DNA of 64,000 bases from Roseibacillus sp. (GTDB lineage Bacteria; Verrucomicrobiota; Verrucomicrobiia; Verrucomicrobiales; Akkermansiaceae), in contig CBDEUM010000022.1 of assembly GCA_965242925.1 (NCBI GenBank), positions 160,001 to 224,000 of the forward strand. Direction: 5' to 3'. A model generated the notes under the pieces. It worked only from the letters and a program-made list of their open reading frames with translations. It made no database searches and was not told where the DNA came from. Shown piece after piece: positions 1-10,300 of this stretch; within the stretch, counting starts at the first letter, position 1, and each line of letters begins with the position of its first letter. Both the position numbers and the translations under genes were made by a program.

Positions 1-9
1 GCACCCTCC

Positions 10-90
10 CTAGGCGGGAAGATTTCCGGTCATGATCGCAATGACGAGCACGAGGGCGGCGAGAACAGTGGTGATGATGGGAAAAGCCAT
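10..90 (-). CDS. putative 26-aa single-TM small protein (MAFPIITTVLAALVLVIAIMTGNLPA)
   Basis: ATG at 90-88, TAG at 12-10; starts 8 nt after the stop of the upstream same-strand gene; fully hydrophobic core; below the ORF-track size cutoff. Confidence 0.5.
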   Translation of the reverse strand: MAFPIITTVLAALVLVIAIMTGNLPA

Positions 91-98
91 GACAGTAT

Positions 99-635
99 TT
101 ATTCGATGAGTGCTTCCCACCCGGTAGGGTGGTTGACCGGATCAGCCTTACTCACCCACTTGCTGGTGGTAGAGAGCTGCAGGCCGAGCACAGCCAAGGC
201 AAAGACGAAGGCGACGATGGAAAGAATATTCGAGAGGGTATCAGACTCCTCGTCCTCACCAGCACCCGCGGTCTGGAGCGCACCGGCCTGTCCCACAGAG
301 AGAGCGGTGGGTGCACCGAGTGCCTGCGTGGCTGCGCCAAGCTGCACGGTGGCCTTGGGCAGTTCCTGCGTTTCCCCGGCAGCGCCACCGACGGAGAGCG
401 GCTGCGTCTTGAGCGGCGTGGTCTTGGGCGCACTGCTCGCTCCTGGAGCCTTCAGCTGCACGGTGGGTGCAGGAGCAGCAGGCGCGGGAGCACCGGAAGC
501 AGGCTTCAGGGGAATGGTGGGAGCCGGAGCCGGAGCGGAGGCGGACTTCAAAGGAATGGTGGGAGCCGGAGCGGCGGGGGCATCTTCAGCCTCCTTCTTC
601 GGCGGCTGGGGAGTTTGCTGGTCTTCTTCACTCAT
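99..635 (-). CDS. Pro/Ala-rich low-complexity protein with C-terminal TM helix
   Basis: likely start MSEEDQQ (ATG 635); repeated APTIPLK/APTVQLK motifs; hydrophobic ILSIVAFVFALAVLGLQL. Confidence 0.7.
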   Translation of the reverse strand: MSEEDQQTPQPPKKEAEDAPAAPAPTIPLKSASAPAPAPTIPLKPASGAPAPAAPAPTVQLKAPGASSAPKTTPLKTQPLSVGGAAGETQELPKATVQLGAATQALGAPTALSVGQAGALQTAGAGEDEESDTLSNILSIVAFVFALAVLGLQLSTTSKWVSKADPVNHPTGWEALIE

Positions 636-855
636 GGCGAAATACAAGTCGGATCGTCGCGGATGACCCACGGCGGAGTTCCCCCCGTGGACTCATGGAT
701 TTAAATGAAGGTCGCCAAGGGCTGTCAAACCCTCAAGCGGAAAAATGAGGTCTCCCAGCCCCTGAGAAGACAATTTTGGGGGATTTTGCCGAAATCTACT
801 CCGTTTGAGGAACGCAACCCGGCTTCCCACGTGAGAATTTCGCGCTCAGGGACTT

Positions 856-2316
856 TTGAATCGCAAGGGGCGCACCCCATTCCTATCAAGCTTCCCTGTG
901 AGTCAGCCTTCACCCCAACCCTGCCTGGAATTCCCGACCCGCCGGTCCTTTCTGAAGCAATCCGCCATCACCTCCGGCTTCCTCGGCCTGAGCCTCTATC
1001 TGCGAGCTGACAAGGAGGACAGGACCTCGGAACGAGTGATTGCTCCCTACGGACCATTGGTTCCCGACCGGGACAAGCTGCTCGATCTGCCTGCCGACTT
1101 CACTTACGAGGTGATCTCCAGGAGGGGAACGCTCATGAATGACGGTCTTCGCGTTCCGGGTAAATTCGACGACATGGCGGTCTTTCCCGGTGAGGATGGG
1201 CGAGTCATCCTGGTCCGCAATCACGAGCTGGCTCTCGACCAGGGGAGCTTCGGCCCCTTTCCCGACAATCGCCTTCCCGGTAATCTCGATCGCACCCTGC
1301 TCTACGACCCGGGCGAGGGCGATGAGCTGCCCCAGTTCGGAGGAACCACCACCCTCGTTTACAATCCCGCCACCGGCCGGACCGAGAAGGAGTTTCTGTC
1401 TCTTGCCGGGAGTGCCCGCAACTGCTCCGGAGGAATGATGCCCTGGGGGTCGTGGATCACGTGCGAGGAATGCTTCGACCTCGTGTCAGATCGACGCGCC
1501 CGGTTGCACGGATATTGTTTCGAGGTCAAGGCGGACCCCTCCCTTGGTCTCCAGAAGGCGGTTCCACTCAGGGGACTGGGCCGCTTCTGCCACGAGGCCG
1601 TGGCCTGCGATCCCGGTGATGGCTCTGTCTACCTGACTGAGGATCGTGGCGACAGCCTGCTCTACCGCTTTGTTCCCGATCGCAAGCAGGACCTCACCAG
1701 CGGCAAACTCTATGCCCTCGGGGTGAAAGACCACAAGTCAGCCGACCTTCGCAACCATCAGCCGCAATCGGAACGTGTGCTTAAGGAAGGTCAGCAACTG
1801 GCGACCTACTGGATCGAGCTTGACGACCCTGCCTCTCCCAAGGACGACCTGCGGCTAAAGGGGTTCAGGCAGGGTGCCGCCCGCTTCTCCCGGGGAGAAG
1901 GCATCTTTTACGATAAAGGGGCGATCTACCTGTGCTGCACCAACGGTGGGCCGGAAAAACGGGGACAGATCTTCCGTATCCTCCCCCGCAACGATCAACG
2001 CCCCGAGTCCATGGTGGAGCTCTTTCTCGAACCACGAAAGAGCGACCTCCTGACCAGCGGCGACAACCTCTGCGTGGCTCCCAATGGAGACCTCATCATC
2101 TGTGAGGATCTCATCGATCCCTTCAAGAAGCAGCAACTCACTCACCTCCGGGGCGTCACCCCCGAGGGCCAGATCTTCACCCTCGCCCGCAACCCCGACG
2201 CCAAGAACAAGCACGAGTTCTCCGGCTCCATCTTCTCCCCCGATGGCAGCATCCTGTTCGTGAACATCCAGACCCTGGACCACACCTTTGCCATCACGGG
2301 CCCCTGGCGCGGATAG
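856..2316 (+). CDS. phoX: PhoX-family alkaline phosphatase (DUF839), Tat-exported; start uncertain (GTG 898 possible)
   Basis: TRRSFLK Tat motif; LVRNHE, RNCSGG..PWGSWITCEE, GRFCHEA, YLTED, RGEG, DNL..CED motifs. Confidence 0.85.
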   Translation: MNRKGRTPFLSSFPVSQPSPQPCLEFPTRRSFLKQSAITSGFLGLSLYLRADKEDRTSERVIAPYGPLVPDRDKLLDLPADFTYEVISRRGTLMNDGLRVPGKFDDMAVFPGEDGRVILVRNHELALDQGSFGPFPDNRLPGNLDRTLLYDPGEGDELPQFGGTTTLVYNPATGRTEKEFLSLAGSARNCSGGMMPWGSWITCEECFDLVSDRRARLHGYCFEVKADPSLGLQKAVPLRGLGRFCHEAVACDPGDGSVYLTEDRGDSLLYRFVPDRKQDLTSGKLYALGVKDHKSADLRNHQPQSERVLKEGQQLATYWIELDDPASPKDDLRLKGFRQGAARFSRGEGIFYDKGAIYLCCTNGGPEKRGQIFRILPRNDQRPESMVELFLEPRKSDLLTSGDNLCVAPNGDLIICEDLIDPFKKQQLTHLRGVTPEGQIFTLARNPDAKNKHEFSGSIFSPDGSILFVNIQTLDHTFAITGPWRG

Positions 2317-2350
2317 GGCCGGATTCGGGCTTGTCCCCTGGAGCCTGCCG

Positions 2351-2371
2351 ATCCTCAATCCTGAATCCTGA
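2351..2371. repeat. heptamer tandem repeat ATCCT(C/G)A x3
   Basis: atcctca atcctga atcctga. Confidence 0.6.
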
Positions 2372-4341
2372 AAAACGACGAGGGGATAGATCTGGGACCT
2401 GCACTGGAGAAGCACTTTGGCTTTTCCAGGTTCCGCGCAGGTCAACGCAAGGTGATCGAGTCTCTCCTCGCCGACCACCCGGCCCTCGCCATCTTTCCCA
2501 CCGGGGGAGGCAAGTCGCTCTGCTACCAGTTGCCCGCCGTTCTCCTGGAGGGCCTCACCCTGGTGGTCTCGCCCCTCATTGCCCTCATGAAGGACCAGGT
2601 CGACTCCCTGCTGGCCCGGGACATCGCCGCGGCCAGGCTCGATTCCACCCTTTCCGCCGGGGAAGCACACGCCGTTTACGACAAGATGCTCAACGGCACT
2701 CTCAAGCTCCTCTACGTTGCACCTGAACGCCTCGCCAACGAAAATTTCCGCCACCGGCTGGCACGGACGAAAATCTCGCTTCTCGCCATTGACGAAGCGC
2801 ACTGCATCTCGGAGTGGGGACACAACTTCCGGCCCGACTACCTCAAGCTGGCCTCCTTCGCACACGAACTGAAGATCTCCCGCATTCTCGCCCTCACCGC
2901 CACCGCCACCCCACCCGTAGCCGCCGACATCCGCAGCAACTTCGGCATCCCGGAGGAGAATCACATCCAACTCTCCTTCCACCGGCCCAATCTGGAACTG
3001 CGGGTCATCCCCTGCCGGGAAGATCACAAGCGCCAGGTCCTCCTCAAGTGCCTCGCCCGGGAACCCGACGCCCCCACCATCATTTACGGCACCCGGCAGG
3101 AAACCGCCGAAAGTCTCGCCGCCTTCCTCAAGCGCGAGGGGTTCCCCGCCCGTCCCTACCACGCTGGCCTCCGCGACTCCACCCGCTCCGCCTGCCAGGA
3201 AGCCTTCATGTCGGGGGAAGCACCCATCATCACCGCCACCATCGCCTTCGGAATGGGCATCGATAAGTCGGATATCCGGCGCATCATCCACTACAACCTG
3301 CCCAAGTCCCTGGAAAACTACACCCAGGAGATCGGGCGGGCCGGGCGTGATGGAAAACCTGCCACCTGCGAACTCCTCGCCTGTCGGGACGACCTGCGCG
3401 TGCTGGAAAACTTCATTTATGGTGACACCCCCTCGCGTGAGGCGGTGCGCCGCGTCCTCGACCAGGTCCTCGATCGCGGGGACACCTTCGACACTTCACA
3501 CTACGAACTGGCTGGCACGCACGACATCCGACCCCTCGTCATCAACACCCTCTTCACCTACCTCGAACTGGAAGGATACATCGCCGCCACCGCGCCGTTT
3601 TACACCACCTACCGGGTCAAGTTCCTGCGCGATCTGGAACAGGCCGTCCTCGGCCACGACGAACAGACCCGCCGGTTTCTGCGCAACCTCTTCGCCACCG
3701 GAAAGCACGGCCGCACCTGGATCACGATCGATCCGTCCGCCGCCGCGGAACAACTCCGCTGCCACCGGGACCGCATCATCCAGGAACTTGCCTCCTTGGA
3801 ATCCCACGCCGATATAGTCCTCAAACCAGGCGGCATTCGTCACGCCTACCGCCGTCTCAGGCGACCCGGCGATCTGGCCGCCCTCACCGGACGCCTCCAG
3901 CAGCTTTTCCTCCGCCGCGAGGAACAGGACCTTCACCGCCTGCAGCAGGTTCTCGCCTACGCCGAAGAAGAGACATGCCTCAACCGGCACCTGCTCGGCC
4001 ACTTCGGCGAAGACATGCCGGAACCCTGTGGCCACTGCAGTCCATGCCTCCTCCATCCCCCCGGCGCTACCGTTCCGGGAACTCCCTCCCCCGATCTCAC
4101 CCCCGGGCATGTTGCCGCCATCCAGACCCTGCTGGAAGAACGCCACGGCCCCCTCCGGACCCCGCGCCAACTCGCTCGTTTCCTGTGTGGCCTCACCAGT
4201 CCGGCCACCTCCCGCACCTGGGTCGTCCTGCCCACCACCGGCAGGCGTGCCCGTCTCACCGCTCACGACACCTTCTCCCTGCTCGAGAACCATCCCTTCC
4301 GGGACGTCCTGGCCTACTGCGAGAGCGTAATCATCCCCTGA
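2368..4341 (+). CDS. recQ: RecQ-family ATP-dependent DNA helicase (no HRDC seen); start uncertain, first canonical start GTG 2452
   Basis: GGGKSLCYQ, DEAHCISEWGHNFRPDY, ATIAFGMGIDK, QEIGRAGRDG, Zn site C..CGHCSPC; in-frame LEKHFGFSRFRAGQ upstream of 2452. Confidence 0.9.
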   Translation: MKNDEGIDLGPALEKHFGFSRFRAGQRKVIESLLADHPALAIFPTGGGKSLCYQLPAVLLEGLTLVVSPLIALMKDQVDSLLARDIAAARLDSTLSAGEAHAVYDKMLNGTLKLLYVAPERLANENFRHRLARTKISLLAIDEAHCISEWGHNFRPDYLKLASFAHELKISRILALTATATPPVAADIRSNFGIPEENHIQLSFHRPNLELRVIPCREDHKRQVLLKCLAREPDAPTIIYGTRQETAESLAAFLKREGFPARPYHAGLRDSTRSACQEAFMSGEAPIITATIAFGMGIDKSDIRRIIHYNLPKSLENYTQEIGRAGRDGKPATCELLACRDDLRVLENFIYGDTPSREAVRRVLDQVLDRGDTFDTSHYELAGTHDIRPLVINTLFTYLELEGYIAATAPFYTTYRVKFLRDLEQAVLGHDEQTRRFLRNLFATGKHGRTWITIDPSAAAEQLRCHRDRIIQELASLESHADIVLKPGGIRHAYRRLRRPGDLAALTGRLQQLFLRREEQDLHRLQQVLAYAEEETCLNRHLLGHFGEDMPEPCGHCSPCLLHPPGATVPGTPSPDLTPGHVAAIQTLLEERHGPLRTPRQLARFLCGLTSPATSRTWVVLPTTGRRARLTAHDTFSLLENHPFRDVLAYCESVIIP

Positions 4342-4361
4342 TCGGAACAGCAAACGAGAGT

Positions 4362-4390
4362 TTGCCCTGCGAAATCCCCTTCTCTAGGGT
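4362..4390 (+). promoter_or_regulatory. putative sigma70-like promoter, 7 nt before ATG (leaderless-type)
   Basis: TTGCCC-N17-TAGGGT-N7-ATG. Confidence 0.4.
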
Positions 4391-4397
4391 TCGGGGC

Positions 4398-5342
4398 ATG
4401 AGAACACCTGCTCGCCTTGCCGCCCTCCTGCTTCCCCTCGTCCTCCTTTCCGCTGCCCACGCCAAAGACGAACGCCTCGTCCTCCTGGGGGTCTCCTACG
4501 GCAAGAACCTTGTCGCCATCTGCGAGATGGACGGAACGGTCCTCTGGAAGCACGACACCGCCGGACCAAAGCGCGGCCACACCGGCCACCATGACATTCA
4601 CCTCCTCGACAGCGGCAACGTCCTCTTCCACGATACGTGGACCAAGACCCAGGAGATCACGCTCGGGAAAAAGGTTGTCTGGGAATACGAATCCGCCCGG
4701 GAGAACGGCAACCAGGGCAAGCGGGTTGATGTCCATGCCTTCAAGCGATTCCCCGATGGCTCCACCATGATCGCGGAGAGCGGAGTGGGACGTTTCCTTC
4801 ACGTCGACAAGGATGGGAAAAAGATCAGGGAGGTTCCCATGGGTGAGGGCGGCCGCAGGAACACCCGCCTCGTCCGCGTCCTCGATAACGGTCACTACCT
4901 TTCCTGCGCCGAAAGCCCCGGCGTGGTCACCGAATACAACCAGTCCGGCAAGGTGGTGTGGGAATACAAGGTGGGCTCCCGGGTCTATGGAGCCATCCGC
5001 CTTAAAAACGGAAATACCCTGATCGCTTCCGGCAATGGCAAGAGTATCCTGGAGGTGAATCCGGAAAAGGAGATCGTCTGGGAAATCAAAGGCAAGGTTC
5101 CGGACACCGAAATCGGCCTGGGCTGGATGACCTGCCTGCAGGAACTCTCCAACGGGAATTACGTGATCGGCAACTGCCACGCCGGGGACAAGAACCCGCA
5201 GATCTTTGAGATCACCAGGGACAAGAAGGTCACCTGGCAGTTTGATGAATGGGACCTCGTCGGCAACGGCCTGGCCTGCTGGCAGATCCTCGAGGGGGAG
5301 GAGGCCCGCATGGTCCGTGGCAAACTCAAGGAACTGAAATAA
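4398..5342 (+). CDS. secreted beta-propeller protein (PQQ-like/arylsulfotransferase-like repeats)
   Basis: signal peptide MRTPARLAALLLPLVLLSAAHA; repeated (L)xNGNxLI..E..K.VW blades. Confidence 0.75.
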   Translation: MRTPARLAALLLPLVLLSAAHAKDERLVLLGVSYGKNLVAICEMDGTVLWKHDTAGPKRGHTGHHDIHLLDSGNVLFHDTWTKTQEITLGKKVVWEYESARENGNQGKRVDVHAFKRFPDGSTMIAESGVGRFLHVDKDGKKIREVPMGEGGRRNTRLVRVLDNGHYLSCAESPGVVTEYNQSGKVVWEYKVGSRVYGAIRLKNGNTLIASGNGKSILEVNPEKEIVWEIKGKVPDTEIGLGWMTCLQELSNGNYVIGNCHAGDKNPQIFEITRDKKVTWQFDEWDLVGNGLACWQILEGEEARMVRGKLKELK

Positions 5343-5348
5343 GACTCC

Positions 5349-5654
5349 TTGCCATCGAAGCCTACAGCCCCACGCAGGTCGGGGGAACCCGGGCAGAGAT
5401 CCCCGAGAAGAAGGGCAATAAACCGCCTGTGCAAAACGAGTGCCCTTGAGAAGGCCGAATACATGGTCGCGATCTTCGCGTTCCTGGTCAGCGCCTTCGT
5501 GATGCTGACCGTGCTTGCCCTCTGGCTGAGGTTGGCCATCACCGCCGGCAATGAAATCATGGCACTGATTCTTTTCGTCCCGATCTGGGGGATCCTCTGG
5601 GCCCTCTGGAAGCACATTCTCGCTCCCTTTCTCAAGGCTAAGCGTCGCAAATAG
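5349..5654 (+). CDS. small two-TM membrane protein
   Basis: two hydrophobic segments and a basic tail; directly follows the upstream gene; start uncertain. Confidence 0.55.
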   Translation: MPSKPTAPRRSGEPGQRSPRRRAINRLCKTSALEKAEYMVAIFAFLVSAFVMLTVLALWLRLAITAGNEIMALILFVPIWGILWALWKHILAPFLKAKRRK

Positions 5655-5726
5655 ACCGCCCGAATGCTTCGGGGTGAAATCGCAACCCGAGGCTCATCAG
5701 AGATCCCATCAGACGGGCAACTGCTC

Positions 5727-7247
5727 CTAGTAGGCGCGTCCCCACAGGGCACGGGTCCTGGTCGCCTCGCCGGTCAGGAAACAGGGGGCTTCCTCGCCAT
5801 CCTGCTGGTCGTTGGGAAGGCAACGAATGGTGATCTTGTGTTCCTTGGAAAGTGTTTCCTCCTGTTCGGTGGATCCGGCCCACGGAGTGAGCAACCAGCC
5901 CGGGTCGTCGCCCTCCCAGTGCGCGTTAAAATCCTCCAGACTGCTGCACCCGGTGATGTTCTCGTCGCGGAAAACGGTAAGGCGGTCGAGCAGCAGCTGC
6001 TGGATTTCGGAGAGAATCTGCGGGGCGTTGCGGATGAATTCCTCGCGATCGACAAAATCCTTCTCGTTGGGGGCCTGGTCGCGGCGCTGGAGACAAACCT
6101 TCCGCCCCTCCAGGTCGCGCGGACCTATCTCGATCCGGATGGGCACTCCCTTTTTCACCCACTCCCACTTCTTGACTCCACCCCCGAGGTCGCGCTTGTC
6201 GATATGCACCCGGATGGGGCTCCCAGCATAGCTCTGTTCCCGCCGCAGCGTTTCCGCAAGGGCCTCACAGGACGCGATGACGGCGTCCCTCGTCTCCTCC
6301 TTGGGCGTGACGGGAACAATGACCACCTGCTGGGGGGCGACGCGGGGAGGAAGAACCAATCCGTCATCATCGGCGTGAGCCATGATGAGCGTCCCGATCA
6401 GGCGCGTGCTCACCCCCCACGAGGTGGTGTGGACATGTTCAATCCCACCATTGCGGCCGGTGAAGGTGATCTCCTGGGCCCGGGCGAAGTTCTGGCCAAG
6501 GTAATGCGACGTTCCCGCCTGGATGGCCTTCTTGTCCTGGACCATGGCCTCCACCGTGTAGGTGTTGACCGCACCGGGGAAGCGCTCGGCCTCGGTCTTC
6601 TCACCGGGCACTACCGGGATCGCGAGGTGATCGCGGAGGAACTCCTCGTAAAGATCGTGGATGAGCCTGGTTTCCTCTTCCGCCTCCTCCTGCGTCTCGT
6701 GGGCGGTGTGCCCTTCCTGCCAGAGAAACTCGGCCGTGCGGAGAAAGAGGCGCGTGCGCATCTCCCAGCGCATGACGTTGGCCCACTGGTTGATGAGCAA
6801 CGGAAGGTCCCGGTAGCTCTCGACCCACCGCGAAAAAGCCGCTCCGATGATGGTCTCGGAGGTGGGGCGAATGACATAGGGCTCGGTGAGTTTGCCAGTG
6901 GGCACCAACCGGGTCTTTCCGCTTTCATCGTCCTTTTCGGCCTCCAGTCGGTGATGGGTGACCACCGCGCACTCGGTGGCAAATCCCTCGGCATGCTCAG
7001 CCTCCTTCTCGAGGTAGGAGAGCGGAATGAGGAGGGGAAAGTAGGCATTCTGGTGGCCCGTCTCCTTGAAGCGGGTGTCCAGCTGCGACTGGATGTTTTC
7101 CCACAGGGCAAAGCCCCACGGCTTGATCACCATGCACCCACGCGTTTCGGAATTCTCCGCCATGTCGGCGGCACGGACGACCTGCTGATACCACTCGGGA
7201 AAATCCTCTGCGCGGGTCGGGGTGATGGCTGTCTTGTCCTTGCCCAT
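5727..7247 (-). CDS. proS: proline--tRNA ligase, archaeal/eukaryotic type
   Basis: IRPTSET, QWANVMRWE, EFLWQEGHT, QAGTSHYLGQNF, C-terminal GRAY. Confidence 0.97.
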   Translation of the reverse strand: MGKDKTAITPTRAEDFPEWYQQVVRAADMAENSETRGCMVIKPWGFALWENIQSQLDTRFKETGHQNAYFPLLIPLSYLEKEAEHAEGFATECAVVTHHRLEAEKDDESGKTRLVPTGKLTEPYVIRPTSETIIGAAFSRWVESYRDLPLLINQWANVMRWEMRTRLFLRTAEFLWQEGHTAHETQEEAEEETRLIHDLYEEFLRDHLAIPVVPGEKTEAERFPGAVNTYTVEAMVQDKKAIQAGTSHYLGQNFARAQEITFTGRNGGIEHVHTTSWGVSTRLIGTLIMAHADDDGLVLPPRVAPQQVVIVPVTPKEETRDAVIASCEALAETLRREQSYAGSPIRVHIDKRDLGGGVKKWEWVKKGVPIRIEIGPRDLEGRKVCLQRRDQAPNEKDFVDREEFIRNAPQILSEIQQLLLDRLTVFRDENITGCSSLEDFNAHWEGDDPGWLLTPWAGSTEQEETLSKEHKITIRCLPNDQQDGEEAPCFLTGEATRTRALWGRAY

Positions 7248-7394
7248 GTGGGGGGGAGGAAAACCACGGATGGACCCGATTGAACACGAAATTCTTCCAG
7301 TCCGGGATCAGAAGAGGGGCTGTTGACGCAGCCGGAGAAAAAGAAAACGCGCCCGGCTGTCGCCGGGCGCGCGGTAGAGGGAAGAATACCGAGC

Positions 7395-10300
7395 TTACTT
7401 GTGGACCCTGATACGGAAGAAGTGCCTATCCTCCCCTCCCTGGTAGATCCACTCGTGGCGTTCACCGAAATCCAGCCAGCGTTTGCTGATCTCGTCGAAT
7501 TCCTGGAGCTGGAACTGCAGCTTGAAGTGCCCGTCCTGCTGCTTCTCGATGATGAGATCGCCACTGTCGGCCTCGACGATGGATTTCCTGGTAAAGAAGC
7601 CAGTCGACGCCTCGAGGGAGGCGATCCGGACGGTGTCATCCAGAGCCGGGTTGAATCCCAGGTCCGCAAGAGAGACCTCGACACCATCTTCCAGTCCATC
7701 TCCATCGCTGTCGGATTCGGCATCGCTGGTCCCGTGGATCTCTTCCTCATCGAGTTCGGTGAGCCCGTCTCCATCGGCATCCTCGCTGCGGTCGTCAATG
7801 ATCTGAACGATGAAGGCTTCTTCGCTCCATCCCCCGGCATGGCTCGATCGAACCCGCACATTGTAGGCAGACCGGCTCTCATGATCAGCATGACTGGTGA
7901 AGATCAGTGAGCCTCCTTCGACCTGGAAATGTCCGTTGTCATTAGCCCCTGCACCCCTCACCAGGGAGTAGGTCGCTTCAACCTCTTCACCACCGACAAC
8001 GGTGCTTATCCCGCCAACTCGGAATCCCGGGTTGTTCCCCTCGGGGATAAGACTGTCACTCAACGAGACTGCTGTCCCCGCAGCGGTCCCCGAATCCATG
8101 ACCCGGACCCGGCCTTCATCGTCATCCACCACCACATAGCGGGCGATCTGGGAGGGATCAACCTCAAGGTCGATCTCACCATTGTCGTCGGTGAGTCCAT
8201 TGAGAATGGTTCTGTTGGTGAGAACCACGTTAACGCGCAGGCCCGGTAAAGGATTCTTCAATTCATCCAGGACAGTGACATGGGCACGACCTAGCCGGGG
8301 GCGCACGACGATTTCGGGGAACCAGGACGGCCAAACCGCCTTGCGCCGGATGGTCATCTCGGGATCTCCCAGGAGAATATAGCAGAAGGTGTTGTTCTCC
8401 CACGCAGAATCCAAGCCGTAGGTGCTGGAGGAAATCACTTCGGCTTCCGCCAGGGCAGGACCGAGTCGCGTGATTCCATTCTCGTAAATGGCCTTGAAGA
8501 TTCCCTTGGCGCGCTCGTGATTCTCGTCGGTGTAGGAGTTCACCGAGGCACTGTAGTAAGCCACCGATCCCCCCCCTGCGCGGGACATCCAGTTCTCTCC
8601 GGCGCAATCGTCCTGGTTGATGCGATTGTTCTGGCAGGCAATGGAATAAACAATCGGGAAGATCCTCTCGTTATCGAGTTGATTGATTTCCGTCGACCCG
8701 AAGGAATCTCCCATGGTGCTGGTTCCGTCCCAACCGGATACCCAGTCGGTCGAACTCCCGTGTCCCCTGTAGAGGACCATCCCGCGCCCGGCTCCGATGT
8801 CATCGATGACTTCCTCGTTGGTGGCACGGGGGGTGCCGGCATCAGCGGCCCCGGCATGCCGGACGGTGAAGGCGGGAGGATCGGTGTAATTGGCGTAGTC
8901 CGCGATGGCATTGACTGCCGCGGCGTACTTCGAGGGGAACTGGGGATCGACTCCGTAAGCTCCGTTGTCGTTCTGGCTGTTGGCGGCGAGGGTGACACGG
9001 GTGGGCCACCCCCCTATTGCCGGATCCCGTTCATAGGCGAGAATCTTGTTCAACTGGACGGTCAGGTCGTCGGCATCATCGACTGAGAGCCGTCCGACAT
9101 AGAGTGATGCGAAGTCGTCATCTCCGATCGCCTCATAGACATGATCGGAATCTCCGTTGTTGCCATCGGGACTGGCGACAACCTTGTTGGATCGACCACC
9201 GGGGATGCGGTCCACGTCGCCCACCAGAAGAACGTAGACTCCGTGACAGAAGTTCCGGTGGTAGTAGTTCTCCAGGTATTGATCGATGTCATCCCGGTCT
9301 GATTCTACGTCGTCGCCGAGGTTGTTGCCAACGAACACGAACTTCACGCTGAGCCCCTTGTCCCGCTTCCAGTCCGCGAACTCCTGCAGCTCATCCTCGA
9401 ACTCACGGGGAGTGACGATAAGATAGCGAGCGCTACGGATTGGCAAAATGGGGGTGAGGACCGCCTCCAGACGCAGCCGGAGGGACAATCCATTTGCGAA
9501 GGAGGGTTTGCTGATCCACTGATCCCAGGGGATGCATTCGTATTTTCTCACGAAGGGCATGCGGTGCACGATGCGCCATTCCATCACCGAGGGGATGCGC
9601 AACTCCGTGGGCCGTCCCACCTCGCACAGAGGAACGTTGAACTGGCTGCCACCGAAGGTGCCCCCGATTCGTTGAACCTTGCCCAGCGGAGGCACGTTCC
9701 CGTTGTAGATCTCAACGTTGTTCTGATAGAAATCCCGGTCCCTGAGTTCCGGTGCGTCGTATCCCCCGAAGTGTTCTCCCTCGTCCGAACCGCTGAAGCC
9801 GGCCGGAACGAGCGGGTGCTCAAGTGTCACGTCGATCTTCTTGTGATTGAGCACCTGCACCCTGAAGTTTTCGCCGGGCTTGGATCCCAGTGAAGTTGCG
9901 ATCAATCCCCGCAGATGGGGGATCCCGGGGCGCGCCCCGGCAGGATCAATCCCAAGCTCGATCATCTCTCTGGCCGTGAGATCGCCCAGTTGCTGGTCGA
10001 TGAGCTTTTCCGGGAAGGCTCCCCGTTTCACTCCAATACGCATGCTCTGCATGTACTTCGCCGGAGAGAGCGGCGATGCGTTCTGACCATCGGGAAAATC
10101 GAACCAGTTGCTGTCATCCTCCTTGAGGAAAGGCTCGCGCTCGGCCAGGAGCCCTCCCTCCCCCAGGAGGACCTGAAGCCCATTCCCGTTCCGCAAGGCC
10201 TCAAGGGCCTGCAGGCGAGGGAATCCCTCCCCGAAGAGAACGGGATCGGGGAAGCGGATCTGGGTGTGGGGATTTCCCCCGTAGTTGATTGTTCGCATCC

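Noticed and set aside
668..690. Hairpin CCACGG..CCGTGG as a riboswitch
   Set aside because: Short GC-rich stem without any recognisable aptamer consensus.
5664..7283. Long antisense ORFs (also 1855-3291, 47720-49684, 49818-51947, 55940-57523)
   Set aside because: Shadow frames of genuine GC-rich genes, with no recognisable motifs.
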